Made by a program: the position numbers and the translations under genes. This document shows, in pieces, positions 36,021 through 50,291 of a DNA stretch of 64,000 nucleotides. Below the pieces are notes generated by a model. The model saw only the letters and a program-made list of their open reading frames with translations. It was not told the origin of the DNA and made no database searches. This DNA comes from Eledone cirrhosa (taxonomy: Eukaryota): NCBI GenBank assembly GCA_964016885.1, contig OZ024743.1, positions 258,292,001 to 258,356,000 of the forward strand, written 5' to 3'. Within the stretch, counting starts at the first letter, position 1. Every line of letters starts with the position of its first letter.

Positions 36021-36415
36021 AAGAATGTTTTAAACTCTTGTTGCTGTTTGAAACATTCTGGAAAAATAAAATTTTTCATAGTCTGAGCTTTAAGCGTGTA
36101 TATTTGTATAAGTGTGTGTTTGATACTATGTTGTATATATGTGTGTGTGAAGATTTAAGTATGTGTGTCTGTATGTGTTTGTATGTTTGTGTATATTTAA
36201 GCCTGAAAGCATGTGCTTGACAATGTGTGGGTATATGTATATTTTGTATGTATATGTGTGCATATGTATGTGTGGGCGTATTTGTGAATGGGTGTATGTG
36301 TGGGCGTATTTGTGTGCGTAATTGTAGATTGAAGCATGTGTATTTATGGATGCATATATGCAAATGTAAGTACAAATGAGTCTATATGTATGTATATTTG
36401 TGTAATTAATGTGTA

Positions 36416-36470
<55 letters not shown>

Positions 36471-36649
36471 GCTGGTGTATGTATATATATATGGGTGTAT
36501 TTATATATATGTATGTGTGCATTTGTGGATGTATGGATTTGTGTATTTATGGGTGTGTAAATGTATGCATATGTATTTATGTATGCGTGTATGTGTCCAT
36601 TAATATGTGTTTGCATGTTTGAGTAGATGTACATTAAAGGGAAAAAATG

Positions 36650-37553
<904 letters not shown>

Positions 37554-37560
37554 GTATATA

Positions 37561-37599
<39 letters not shown>

Positions 37600-37734
37600 G
37601 TATATAACTGTGTATATATATATATATGTATTTATATATGTATATATATATATATGTATATATATATATTTATATATGTATGTAACTGTGCATATATATA
37701 TGTATATATATATATATATATATATGTATATAAC

Positions 37735-37797
<63 letters not shown>

Positions 37798-37831
37798 TTA
37801 TACATATATATATGTGCCAAAAGTAGAAACA

Positions 37832-37863
<32 letters not shown>

Positions 37864-39964
37864 CATTAATATAGTCTTTCATCATATTATCATATTCTAG
37901 TCTCTGTGCTGTAAATCATGTAGTCTTTTACCAAGATCCTCTCCAGCATCACATCAATCAATAGGAATGGCAACTTTGAAAACATTGGACAGGAGAAATT
38001 TAACAGTTAATATACAACTCTTCATTGCTTTACTTCCTTTTCGCTTTTCTTCTCTCTTATCTTCTTTTTCCAAAGAATACTCTCTCTCTCCCACACACAC
38101 CTTCCATTTTTTCTCTTAGCAAGTCTCTTCTCTCCTCTTTCTCTGTTTCCACTTTCTTTTCCTTCTCTTTTTCTCTTTCCTCTTTATTTCTCTTCCCTCT
38201 CTCCTCTTTCTCTCTTTCCACTTTCTTTTCCTTCTCTTTTTCTCTCTCCTCTTTCTCTTTTTCTCTGTCTTGCTTCTTTCTTTCTCTTCTCTCTTTCTCT
38301 CTTTTTTCTCTCTCATGCCCTCTCTCTCATCTCACATTAATGTCACTTCTACAAATGCTTTATACAGCACTACACCAATGAGATAATCACTTGAGATGAA
38401 AGATGAAAGACACATCAGTCAGTCAGTCGGTCTGTCTGCCAGTCTGTCAGTTGGTTGCTTGGTTAGGGGTGGCTGGGTGAATGGATGAAGTAAGTGAGGT
38501 TGAACAGGAGATCAAGCTGTAATCTTTGAATGACATAAGACTACGATAATGATGTGATAGTTATAATCTGCCATTTAACTTGTCCTAACATCCTTCTCAC
38601 ATTGACATCTCTTTCCTATTTTACTTCCATCTCTCGCCTCTAAAGAGCAAAAGATGCTAAAATAAGTCACACCAATTTCTTGCTACGTTTTCCAAAAAAA
38701 GATGTTTTATTTTTTTCTATTTTTTTTTTCTATTTTGTTTTTATTTTCAACTTTCATAGAACTTTAGTCATATTTTTTTAAAAACAGTAATCATTTTTTT
38801 TTAAATCTATATTTTTCATTCATTTTTATTATTACTATTATCATGATCACTATCATGATCATCATGATCACCATCATCATCATGACCATCACCATCATCG
38901 CCATGATTACCATCATCATTATTATCACCACAATTATTATTGCTGTTGATCTTAATATTATTATCGTCTTTATTTATTTATTTTTTTGTTTATTATTTTT
39001 TTATTTTATTTTTATTTTTTTTGCCATTTTATTTCTACTTTCTGGAACTTTCAGACAGAAAAAAAATATCTCCCACATAACAATTTCCTTGCAATAAAAA
39101 TCATTCTTTACTTTTGTTATTTTTTTGTTTTTCCTTTTAATTTTTCTTCTTCTGATTTTTATTTTTATTAATAAACATAGATGATTTTTTTTAGTTTTTT
39201 TTTTCTTTTTTTCACTAAGCCAAGGATAAAATTTTTTTCAAATGATCTCTTCAGACGTCAGTATTTTTACATTTTTATGAATTAAGAAGGTAAAAGAATT
39301 TCTTGTTTAGCTTTTAGATTGAATTTTTACTTCAGTTTCAGCAATATAAATTCAGATTTTTTCCAAAGCTTATTTCTTCCATCTTTCATGCAAGACAGAA
39401 TTTTCTTGACTTTTAGTATACTTAACTCTCTCACGACTGTATTTCTAATAAAATACACTTCATTTCGATTAACTAATGTAGAATTTTGAAGGATCTACTA
39501 AAATTATTGATTATTGTTTCATCACTAAGATAGTAACTTAACATATTGTTCTTACATAAAATTGTGATGGAAGATTTTAATTTAAATGGGAAAACTTTCA
39601 AATGAGTGGGCTTGTTTCATAGAACCGTCACCAGTTTTGGTCTATATCAAAAAGGTTAATGAATAATTTGGGGAAGTTTATTTAAATTTCCTTTCTTCTT
39701 CTTTTTCTTCTTTGTCTTCGATTTCTTCTTCAATTTCTTCTTCTTCTCCCACTTATTCGTAGGAGCAGAGTCCTCAAATACTCCTTCTAATGGGTTTTCT
39801 CAGAAGCAATTGTCTCTAACTAATCTGGCAGGATTTCCAAGCGAGACCAGCCTTGTTCATGGATGTTATCAACTGTCTGTCACTACTTCTGTTGATCTTT
39901 TGGTGCTGATCAAAATTTTTCTCATCAGAGAAAAACCGGAGCATTCCAAGCTCTTTCTATTTCA

Positions 39965-40467
39965 ACTGGCTCAAACACTTTGTACAGATCAGATGGTTAT
40001 CTTTTGTCCATGCAGACATAAATTAGCATATTTGCATAACATATGACTTGTATCGAAGGTCCTCATGTACAATTCTTCTGACAGTGCACCTTGAAACCTT
40101 GGACTCATTAGCGATGATGCTAATTCACTTTCTGGGGTTCTTATAGATAATTTTCTGTATCGTTCATACAAATTAAGGTTTTCTGATTGTAATGAGACCA
40201 CCAACAGGTCTTTTACGTTTGGCTAATGCTGTAGAATCTTTGTCAGCAGCTTTCAGCTCTTTGCAAACTTTGACAACAAACAACTGTGCAACTTTCAGGA
40301 AACAATCAATCTCTAAATCACAGTGCCCTGCCTTTAAGGCAAGAATTACAGCATGCCTTTTCATTTGCTGAGTTAGCTTGTTGTCTGTCATCATGATAAA
40401 TCAGAATAAGTTAGAAAAAGCTAGAATTATAAAAGACTTGTCCTCAAAGAACTGAGCAACCTTGTAT
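39965..40467 (-). mobile_element. Tc1/mariner-superfamily 5' fragment (TIR and transposase HTH remnant)
   Basis: Minus strand begins TA-CAAGGTTGCTCAG. Encodes MKRHAVILALKAGH.DLEI..FLKV...FV.KV.KEL and IRTPE. Confidence 0.6.
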
Positions 40468-40570
40468 GAATGTGTGTGTGTGTATATATATATACACATG
40501 TGTGTGTGAGTGTGTGTGTGTGTGTGTGAATGTTTGTCTTTTGTGTTTGTATACATATATATATATATTT

Positions 40571-41746
40571 ATAGAGAAGAAATTCCAAACTTGGAAGCAG
40601 GGACTAGAAAGAAAGGGTCTCAAAGTCAACATGACAAAGACTAAGGTCCTTGTAAGTAGACGAGAAAACCCAGATCCCCTCATGGAAATGGCCTTGCTCA
40701 GTATGTAGGAAAGGTGTAGGTAGGAACTCCATTCTCTGCCCCAAATGCAAACAATGGGTACACAAGAGATGTAGCAGGATCTCAGGAAGCTTAATTAAGA
40801 ATGTATGCTTCACATGCAGCAGCTGTGCTGGGACAGCAAGCAGCAAACAGCCACAGGAAACAAGTACCACCAATCTCTGGGAGGGCTCTGTAGAAACAGT
40901 AGACAGCTTCTGCTAACTAGGTGACCAAATTAGCATCGGAGGTGGGTGTTCAGAAAGTACAATAACTAGGGTAAGAATGGGATGGAAGAAGTTTAGGGAA
41001 CTACTACCACTGCTAGCTGCAAAAGGATTCTCCCTCGAAATGAAAGGCAGACTGTATGATGCGTGTATCCGAACAGCGATGTTGCATGGTAGTGAGACCT
41101 GGGCGCTGAAGGTGGAAGACTTACGTAGATTAGAGAGAAACGAAGCCTGCATGCTCCGATGGATGTGTAATAGTAATATACGCGAACGACAAAGCATAAA
41201 TGAATTGAGAGTGAGACTGAGCATAAGAGGAATCAAATGCTGTGTGCAGGAGAGGCGGTTGCGCTGGTATGGACATGTGATGCGTATGAAGGATGACAGC
41301 TGCATAAAAAGGTGCAGAGCACTAGAAGTAGATGGAAACCACGGAGTGGGGAGACCCAAGATGACCTGGGACGAGGTGATAAAAGCCGACCTTACCCAAT
41401 TACACCTCTCAAAGGCGACCATGACCACACACGACCATGACCTCTGGCGTCACGCAGTAATACAGAGTACCCGACCTCCCATGGGTACAAGCATATAGAC
41501 AATATGCCCCCACACCCCCCACTGCAAGGTGGTCGTGGAGGGGCCACGGCAAAAAAGCACCCAGGACTCACTGTAAATGAGGTTGGTGTTAGGAAGGGCA
41601 TCCAGCTGTAGAAATCAAGCCAAATCAGTTCCTGTATGAGCAAGGCATGGTCAGCCGACAAGACACTGCCCACAACAGGACAACCCGTCTAACCCATGCT
41701 AGCGTGGAAGAACGGACGTAAAACGGTGATGATGGTGATGATGATG
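40571..41746 (+). mobile_element. RTE family B, 5'-truncated
   Basis: ORF 40977-41498 (GWKKFRELLPLL..HGSETW..WYGHVMRM), upstream Cys-rich finger, 3'UTR and (ATG)n. Confidence 0.92.
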
Positions 41747-41804
41747 TGTGTGTGTTTGTATATATATATATATACATATATATATATCTTTTTATGTGTA
41801 TCTG

Positions 41805-41844
<40 letters not shown>

Positions 41845-41848
<4 letters not shown>

Positions 41849-42274
41849 TATGTATGTACGTATACGTACATACATATATGTAATCAGACGTACAATAGTA
41901 TGTATATATATATACATACATGCACACACATATATATATATGCACGTATCGGTTTACCGAACATTTATTATAATGCTCGGTTTGTTTGTTTGTAAACAAA
42001 CAAACAGCCCGAATTACGATGTACAGTGTTTATGCAACCACGTCACCTTTTTGTTCAACACTGACACAGGAACGATGTACTAGTTTCAAGCTTATTAGCT
42101 ATCATCAGCATCGTATACCATCCTGCCAGATGGTTGAACGTCTGAAAGTATATACTTTCCTTATGCATATTAACGGCTGAGCAGTTCAGTCGGCCGGGCG
42201 CACCGCAAACGATAAATGGAATAGAATGAAACGAAATTTCATTTCTCACTCGTAGTACGGCACTTACTTAAATG
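41845..42274 (-). mobile_element. Retrozyme-like monomer (one circularly permuted unit)
   Basis: Reverse complement of 42273-42700 with a different start point. Hammerhead at 42072-42114. Confidence 0.85.
42072..42114 (-). ncRNA. Minimal type-I hammerhead ribozyme
   Basis: ACGATG-CTGATGA-TAGCT aata AGCTT-GAAA-CTAG-TA-CATCGT. Confidence 0.88.
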
Positions 42275-42700
42275 AACTCACTCGATATGCAAATTAAGCT
42301 GCTCAGCCGTTAATATGCATAAGGAAAGTATATACTTTCAGACGTTCCACCATCTGGCAGGAAGGTATACGATGCTGACGATAGCTAATAAGCTTGAAAC
42401 TAGTACATCGTTCCTGTGTCAGTGTTGAACAAAAAGGTGACGTGGTTGCCTAAACACTGTACGGCGTAATTCGGGCTGTTTGTTTGTTTACAAACAAACA
42501 AACCGAGCATTATAATAAATGTTCGGTAAACCGATACGTGCATATATATATATATATGTGTGCATGTATGTATATATATACATACTACTGTACGTCTATA
42601 TACATATATGTATGTACGTATACGTACATGCATACTTACATTTAAGTAAGTGCCGTACTAAGAGTGAGAAATGAAATTTCGTTTCATTCTATTCCATTTA
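42273..42700 (+). mobile_element. Retrozyme-like monomer
   Basis: Head-to-head with 41845-42274. Homologous to 57265-57870. Confidence 0.85.
42369..42411 (+). ncRNA. Minimal type-I hammerhead ribozyme
   Basis: ACGATG-CTGACGA-TAGCT aata AGCTT-GAAA-CTAG-TA-CATCGT. Predicted cleavage after GUA, at 42405/42406. Confidence 0.88.
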
Positions 42701-42772
42701 TATATATATATATAATAATTCAAGAAAGAAGATTGACATGGTTCGCTATACAATAAGGGCTTTATTCACATT

Positions 42773-42880
42773 GCTGACAATTGTTTCTTTGATCTGGCAG
42801 GTCTAGAGTTCGCTATACGCCTGATTATGCGCCAATCGATCTCCAATACTTTGTTTATAACCAGTCGTTTTCATCAGAGC
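42773..42880 (-). ncRNA. Hammerhead-like motif with long (~80 nt) domain II
   Basis: Minus strand GCT-CTGATGA-aaacGACTGG...CCAGATCaaa-GAAA-CAATTG (palindrome)-TC-AGC, followed by AATAAA. Confidence 0.5.
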
Positions 42881-43311
42881 GGGTGAAATGATGAAAATAC
42901 ATAAGGCATGATTTTTATATAAGTGTGGTATTAAACCAGAACAATAATATCAATGATAAAATAAAATAACTAGATAGCAGACAATTAAAATAATAACATC
43001 AATATAAGTAAGAGATAGAGTATATTGAAGAATCTAGCATGTTAAACAGACTGATATGATACAGATGTATGGAATTGACGTGTGAAAACTGCTATGGGGT
43101 ACATTGGATATAGTGTTGGGGTAGCGACTAGATAACAGTAACCACTAAGATGTACTTGGAGACAGAATTTATGAGGTATCCACTGTGCTGTAGGTATTCT
43201 AGCAATAAACCGGAGATTTACTTTTTATTTTTTTTATTATCTGACAGATAAACATTTTCGTTTGATTAATTTAGTGATGATGATAGTTTTTATACTACCT
43301 TCAACTTGCAC

Positions 43312-43490
43312 TGCTGGTCCCTCTATTGGGTCGATGTGGGGGAGACTGTCTTTCTCCCATTTATTCTCCTCATTTAGTAGCCTTTCGTAGTGACACTTCC
43401 AAGCTACCTTCTTATCAGCATCAGTGATGGCAAGTACACCATCATCATTACAGACACACTACTCCCCGACAGTATCACGGTTTTCCATAT
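43312..43490 (-). mobile_element. Internal fragment of RTE family A
   Basis: Matches 24560-24735 (EKCV..DDGVLAITDADKKVAWKCHYERLLNEENKWEKDSLPHIDPIEGPAV). Confidence 0.85.
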
Positions 43491-44408
43491 ATATATATTA
43501 TGGATACAAAACCAAATTGTAAAATTATATTATAAAATAAAATTAAATTGTTTAGAACTACAAGTGAAGTCATTCTTTCCCTTTTTTTACACACACACGC
43601 GCATACACGCACACACACAGACAGTAAAATAGGAAAATCTGCTTCGTAGAATCGAGACGTATGATTTCAGAGTCGGGTTTGATCACCACATCGATCGTGC
43701 CTTGAGCTGGTCACCCGAGAAACAATTGTGATATGTCCAATAAATTCTTTCCGTCACAACACTGATTCTCTTTTTTTTCTGTGATATCATACTCTGCTCT
43801 ATGAGGACATCGAGTGCTCATACGGCCTACCGCATACGGACGCTCTAGGCATCTAACACCAATTATATATATATAGAGAGAGAGAAGAGTTGGCATCAGG
43901 AAGGTCATCCAGCTGTAAAACATTGTCTCTCACCATATCATCCAGCCTTTACCAGTATGGAAAAATGAATCTAAACTGATGATGATCATGATATATATCA
44001 TCATCACCATTTAACATTTATTTCTATGCTTGCATGGGTTAGATGGGTCACCCACTTTATGAGACAGGTCTGGCAAGCTGGCCGTGCCATACCTTGCTCA
44101 GATGGAACTGTATGCTGGCTGGGATTTTTACACCTTGATGCCCTTTCTAACACCAATCGCATTTTCAGTATGGAACTGGATGGCACCATTATGGGGCGGG
44201 TCTGGCAAGTTGGCCACAGCATACCTTGCTCACATCAGAACGATAGTTTGGGAGCTGGGTCGTCCCATTATGATAGAGATCAGACCAGTTGGCTGCACTA
44301 AGCCTTACTCATAATGGAGCCATATAACTAGGTAGTCCTGTTATGAGCCATGTCTGGCCAGATGACCATGCCTTACCTTGCACATATTTGGACTGTTACT
44401 GTGTATAT

Positions 44409-44450
<42 letters not shown>

Positions 44451-44495
44451 GCATGTATATATATGTGTCTGTTCACATGCATGTATGTATATGTG

Positions 44496-44760
44496 TATGG
44501 CCACAGTCTGACTGAAATAAGTAAAAGAATATTGCCCCAGTATGGCCACAGTCTGACTGAAACAAGTAAAAGAATATTGCCCCAGTATGGCCACAGTCTG
44601 ACTGAAACAAGTAAAAGAATATTACCCCAGTATGGCCACAATCTAATAACTGAAACAAGTAAAAGAATATTGCCCCTTTATGGCCACAGTCTAATGGCTG
44701 AAACAAGTAAAAGAATATTGCCCCAGCATGGCCACAGTCTGACTGAAACAAGTAAAACAA
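44496..44760 (+). repeat. 45-48 bp minisatellite, ~6 copies, derived from a SINE 3' tail
   Basis: Unit TATGGCCACAGTCTGACTGAAACAAGTAAAAGAATATTGCCCCAG; compare 34190-34232. Confidence 0.88.
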
Positions 44761-44924
44761 TAATAGAATAAAATAAGCCAGCCACCCCAACTCTAACTAC
44801 TTTTAAAAAGACACCCAGCTTATCTTACCTGTATTAATTTATTAGACTATATATTGGGCTACACCTGTCTTTTTACTGAGCCTCCTCTCTCACTAAATAA
44901 ATCTCTGGACATTCCTTCCTCTTC

Positions 44925-45285
44925 ATCTACACACCACCACCACCATCTGTTATCTACACACCACCATCACCATCTCTTTACACACCACCACCATCTGTTA
45001 TCTACACACCACCATCTCTTTACACACCACCCCACCAACTGTTATCTACACACCACCCCACCATCTGTTATCTACACACCACCCACCATCTGTTATTTAC
45101 ACACCACCATCACCACCATCTATTATCTACACACCACCACCATCTATCATCTACACACCACCATCCCACCATCTGTTTTCTACACACCACCACCATCTAT
45201 CATCTACACACCACCACCACCACCATCTATTATCTACACACCACCACCACCACCACCACCACCACCACCATCTGTTATCTACACA
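44925..45285. repeat. Degenerate minisatellite CACCACCATCTGTTATCTACA
   Basis: Direct inspection. The Pro/His-rich ORF 44854-45324 is a by-product. Confidence 0.85.
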
Positions 45286-45799
45286 GTGCTACACTTGCCA
45301 CTGCTGATATTGATGTTGTTTTGATGCCTATGTTGTCTTTGGTGCCATTGTGACGGTTGATTTGGTTGTTGCTGGTGTTGTTGTTCTTGGTATTTTTGGT
45401 GGTGTTGTCCTTGATGTTGGTGTTAGAGTTCTTGGTGGTGGAGTTGGTTTGTCTGGTGTGGTTAAGGTGATGGTGGTGGGAATAGTGTGTACATGGTGAT
45501 AACATTGTTGGTGATGTTGATTAGGTTTTCTCCCCTTCCTGCTCCCTCACTGCCATATACCCCCACCCCCCGATACCTTCACCTCTTCTCCCTCCCATCC
45601 CAGTCACACCTTACTTCAACACACTACACCCACACATGCACACTCATTGCACCACATGTATTAATATACTCTTTAGTGAAGAGAAAACTCATTTATAACA
45701 AGCAAGATAAAATTATATATATATATGTATCTCTCTTTTTTTCTCTCTCTCTCTGTACATACATATATATGTGTGTGTGTGTGTAAACGAGCATACCTG

Positions 45800-45858
<59 letters not shown>

Positions 45859-46261
45859 ACATGCACATTTATATATTTGTGTGTGAGTATACACATGGTC
45901 ATGTATGCACAAGGATATATTCTATCATAACAATAGATAAGTAAGAAGGAAAATAGCCAACATTTTCAATTAGTTGTGTACCCGGTTAGTTGGTATGGTT
46001 ATTCCTATATATACCTACCTACTCACCATATAGTCTGGATTATTGCACCAGATTGCAGCAAATATATTTTCACACACAATTACACACACACATATCATCA
46101 TCATCATGATCAATTAACATCCATCGTCCACGCTAGCATGGGTTAGATGGGTCCTATTTTGAGGCAAGTTATGTCGGGTGACCGTGTCTCGCTCATATAG
46201 AGGTGTATCTGGCTGGTTTTCTACGGCTGGATGCCCTTCATAATGCCAACCACACATTTAC

Positions 46262-46328
<67 letters not shown>

Positions 46329-46499
46329 GTCAACTCTTATTAATGGTCAGTCCACTTCTACGAAATGTAATGTAAAATTACCATTTTCTTCTTGTCTCCC
46401 CACCCTTCGGTTCATTCATCCATATATCTGTATAATCGCCCAGTATCCAATCCTACTTTCTCAATGCTATTCTATAATTCTGTCTGGCTGTTCTAAATA

Positions 46500-49400
46500 A
46501 TCTTGTGTATTTTAAAATCCCAGTATATCGCTTGTTCTACCCCATACCCATCCTGCCCGCCCCCTCTCTCCGCCATTATTATTTGGACCAATCATAAGTC
46601 AGCGGCCTATGCTATCACTTCTCCTGGTTGCTTTTCGATATGAGGGATGGACTAAGGAATTTCTGGAGAGTCTGAAGAATCTGGACACTCGGAGACAATG
46701 CCAAAGATAACGACAAATTCACCTCGCTGCCGGACGAAAGGGCAAGGACTCCTCCTCTTTTTTTCGGCCGCGGATGGCCAACATAACCCCAACCCCATCC
46801 CCCTTCACCCCTCCCCGACCCCACCCACCAAACGCAATCCAAAACTTCAGAGTTGGTACCATGAATGTAGGCACCTTAAAAGGCCGCTCTAATGAGGTTG
46901 TAGAAATGCTTGAACGTAAGGAGGTTGATGTTTGCTGTATCCAAGAGACCAGGTGGAGGGGCGGGTCTGCTAGATTCATTGTCGGTAAAAAACGATGCTA
47001 TAAGCTTTTCTGGGTGGGAAATGACAATGGGCTGGGTGGGGTAGGAATCATGTTAGCAGAAAAATGGGTGGATATGATAATAGACATAAATAGAGTGAAT
47101 GACAGAATAATTAAAATAAGACTTGTTCTAAATAGAACGACTGTGACAGTAATATCTGGACGACCTGGCATTATAAAAGATAGATTCTATGAGTCGTTAA
47201 TGCTCACTACCTCCCAAATAACCGACAGTGACTATATAATTATTGCTGGCGACCTAAATGGTCACATTGGACAACATTGTGACGGCTATGACGGAATCCA
47301 TGGAGGCTAGGGGTTTGGTACTAGAAATGAGGAAGGCTCCAGAATCCTGGAATTCTGTGACGCAAATAACCTATCTATCTGTAACACTAACTTCAAAAAA
47401 CGAGACAATCACTTGATCATCTACAGATCAGGCGAACATACCAACCAGGTAGATTATATCCTTACCAGAAGACGTGACAGAGTGTCTGTTGTAAACACTA
47501 AATCCCTCTCCCATGCAGAATGCACCTCCCAACATAGACTGATAATTAGCGACCTCATAGTCAGGACGAGATGTACTCGACAACAGAAGAGGACTATCCT
47601 CAGGAGAAAATATGGAAGCTAAAGGACCCCACAGCCAGTAATAAATTTAAAAGCATATTACTTGATGCTTTCGATAGTAAGGAAGAGCAATTAGAGTTGT
47701 ACAATATAGAGGAACAGTGGGAATTCTTGAAAGCAAACCTGCTGATGGCGACAGATGAAGTCTGTGGCTGGAGCAGGCCTATAGGCAGGAGGAGAGTAAC
47801 GTGGTGGTGGAACAGTAAGGTGGAGGAGTCAATTAAGGCCAAAAAGCAGGCTTGGAAAGTATGGCGGGATGGGGGAAGTAGAGAAGACTATCAAGTGGCC
47901 AGGAGAGAAGCTAGGAGACAAGTGTACTTCGCAAGAAGGGAAGCAGAGGAAAGAAAGTTCAAGCATGTTCTACAATGCGAGGACCAAAAACGTGAGGTGT
48001 TCAGGATTGCTAGGCAATGTGTCAAGGAAAACCATGATATTGTCGGGGAAAAGTGTGTCCTTAATGATGATGGTGTACTTGCCATCACTGACGCTGATAA
48101 GAAGGTAGCTTGGAAGTGTCACTACAAAAGGCTACTAAATTAGGAGAATAAATGGGAGAAAGACAGTCTCCCCCACATCGATCCAATAGAGGGACCAGCA
48201 GTGTTAGTCGAAGGGAGTATAATAAGTAAGGCAATCAACGATATGAAGACGGGTAAGGCGGCTGGACCTTTGGAAATAGTTGCTGAAATGCTGAAAGCTT
48301 CTGGAACGGTAGGACACACCATGGTCACCCGGATAGTAAACCAAGTCATACAGAATGGGGTTGTTCCAAAGGACTGGCATAGCAGCATCACCATTAACTG
48401 CTACAAGGGTAAAGGAGATGCCCTAGATAGAGGTAACTGTAGAGGCATTAAATTAATCGACCAGGTCATGAAGGTCACAGAAAAAGTAATAGCGCAACTA
48501 ATCAGAGAGCAAATTGATCTAGATAAAATGCAGTTCGGGTTTGTGTCAGGTAAAAGTACTACAGATGCTCTTTTCATTGTACGACAACTACAGGAGAAGT
48601 ACCTAGCTAAAAGTAAACCCCTATACTTAGCTTTTGTCAACTTGGAGAAAGCCTTTGACAGAGTCCCCCATTCCATCATCTGGTGGGCTCTTAGAAAACT
48701 AGGTGTTGATGAATGGCTTGTGAGAGCTATACAAGCCATGTATAAAGAAACAGTCAGCAAGGTTAGAATTAACAACGAATATAGTGAAGAGTTTAGCGTA
48801 AAAGTTGGTGTTCATCAGGGCTCCGTTCTTAGCCCCCTACTATTTATTATTGCCCTTCAGGCTACAACAGTGGAGTTCAAGTCTAGCTGCCCATGGGAAC
48901 TCCTATACGCAGATGATCTAACGCTCATAGCTGAATCAATGGCTGAACTAGAGAAGAATTCCAAACATGGAAGCATGGCCTAGAATCAAAAGGCCTTAAA
49001 ATTAACCTGTCTAAGACTAAAGTTCTAGTTTGTAGGAAGGAAAATAGGGCACCTGTCTCATCCGGGAAATGGCCATGTTCAGTGTGTAGGAAAGGATTAG
49101 GTAGAAACTCCATTTTATGTCCCAAATGCAGAGTATGGGTGCATAAAAGATGTAGTGGGATCACAGGTAAGCTAACTAAGAATATAGATTTTATGTGGCC
49201 GGTGCTCAGGTGCAATAAGTAGCAGCAAGTGCCCACGGAATACTAGCTCATTCCATTGCCCAGATGGTTCTATAGAAATAGTGGACACCTTCCATTACTT
49301 GGGTGACAAAATCAGCAGTGGTGGAGGGTGGTCTGAAAGTACAGTAGCTAGAGTCAGAACTGGATGGAAAAAGTTCAGAGAGCTTATACCACTATTAGCC

Positions 49401-50250
49401 GCTAAAGGGTTCTCTCTAAAAATGAAAGGCAGGCTGTATGATGCCTGCATGCGAACAGCAATGTTACATGGCAGTGTACCTGGGCATTGTGTGCAGAGGA
49501 TATATGCACACTGGAGAGGAACGAAGCTTGCATGCTCCGCTGGATGTGTAATAGTAATATACGTGAACGGCAAAGCATAAACAAACTAAGGGAAAAATTA
49601 GAAATAAGAGGGATCAGATGTTGTTTACTCGAGAGAAGACTACGTTTGTATGGTCACGTGATGGGAATGAAAGACGACAGCTGTATAAAAAAGTGCAGGG
49701 CAATAAAAATAGACGGTAGCCACGGAGTAGGCAGACCCAGAAAAACCTGGGACGCTTTGATAAATTCCGACCTCACACACTTACACCTCTCCAAGACAAT
49801 GTCACTGGACCGAGATCTTTGGCGCTACACAGTAATACAGAAGACCCGCCTTACCTAAATACATAGTAAAACCTACTACAGTCAGTAGGCACCTCTAACA
49901 AAAATACACCCCCGTCCCACTACCCCACCCCATCCACACCACCCCTTTCAATGTAAAGTTATGTTGGTACCACAACATCCAGTCCGAAACAAATGAGGTC
50001 GTGTAGGTGTCACGACAAAAAAACACACAGTCCACGCTGTAATGTGGCCGTGTAGGTAACACGGTAAAAACCTCCCAGTCACACTATAAACGTGGTTGGT
50101 GTTAGGAAGGGCAACCAGCCGTATAACACCCGCCAGACAGTCCTATGCGAGCAAGACAACAAATCTTAGCTCAAGTGGGAAAACTCCCGTCCAAACCCAT
50201 ACAAGCGTGGAACATGGACGTTAAACGATGATGATGATGATGATGATGAT
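46500..50250 (+). mobile_element. RTE family A, apparently full length but inactivated (5' boundary approximate)
   Basis: APE start RVGTMNVGTLKGR..CCIQETRW, RT motifs, PHD finger, 3'UTR 49859-50226, (ATG)n 50227-50250. Confidence 0.93.
46774..49858 (+). pseudogene. RTE APE-RT ORF broken by several stops and frameshifts
   Basis: Pieces 46774-47310, 47413-47622, 47571-48143, 48201-48983, 49281-49580 and 49487-49858 are colinear with the ORF at 22898-25692. Confidence 0.93.
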
Positions 50251-50291
50251 ATATATACATATATACACACACAGACACATATATATATATG

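Noticed and set aside
44496-44760. Regularly spaced repeats resembling a CRISPR array (also 34323-34767)
   Set aside because: No unique spacers, eukaryotic context and no cas genes; these are plain minisatellites.
44854-45324. Extensin-like Pro/His-rich ORF
   Set aside because: Product of a CAC-rich minisatellite, with no splice or domain support.
46560-46775. Possible HDV-like ribozyme in the RTE-A 5' region (CCTCGCTG)
   Set aside because: I could not assemble the P1/P2/P3 nested pseudoknot by eye; the region may be a decayed ORF start.
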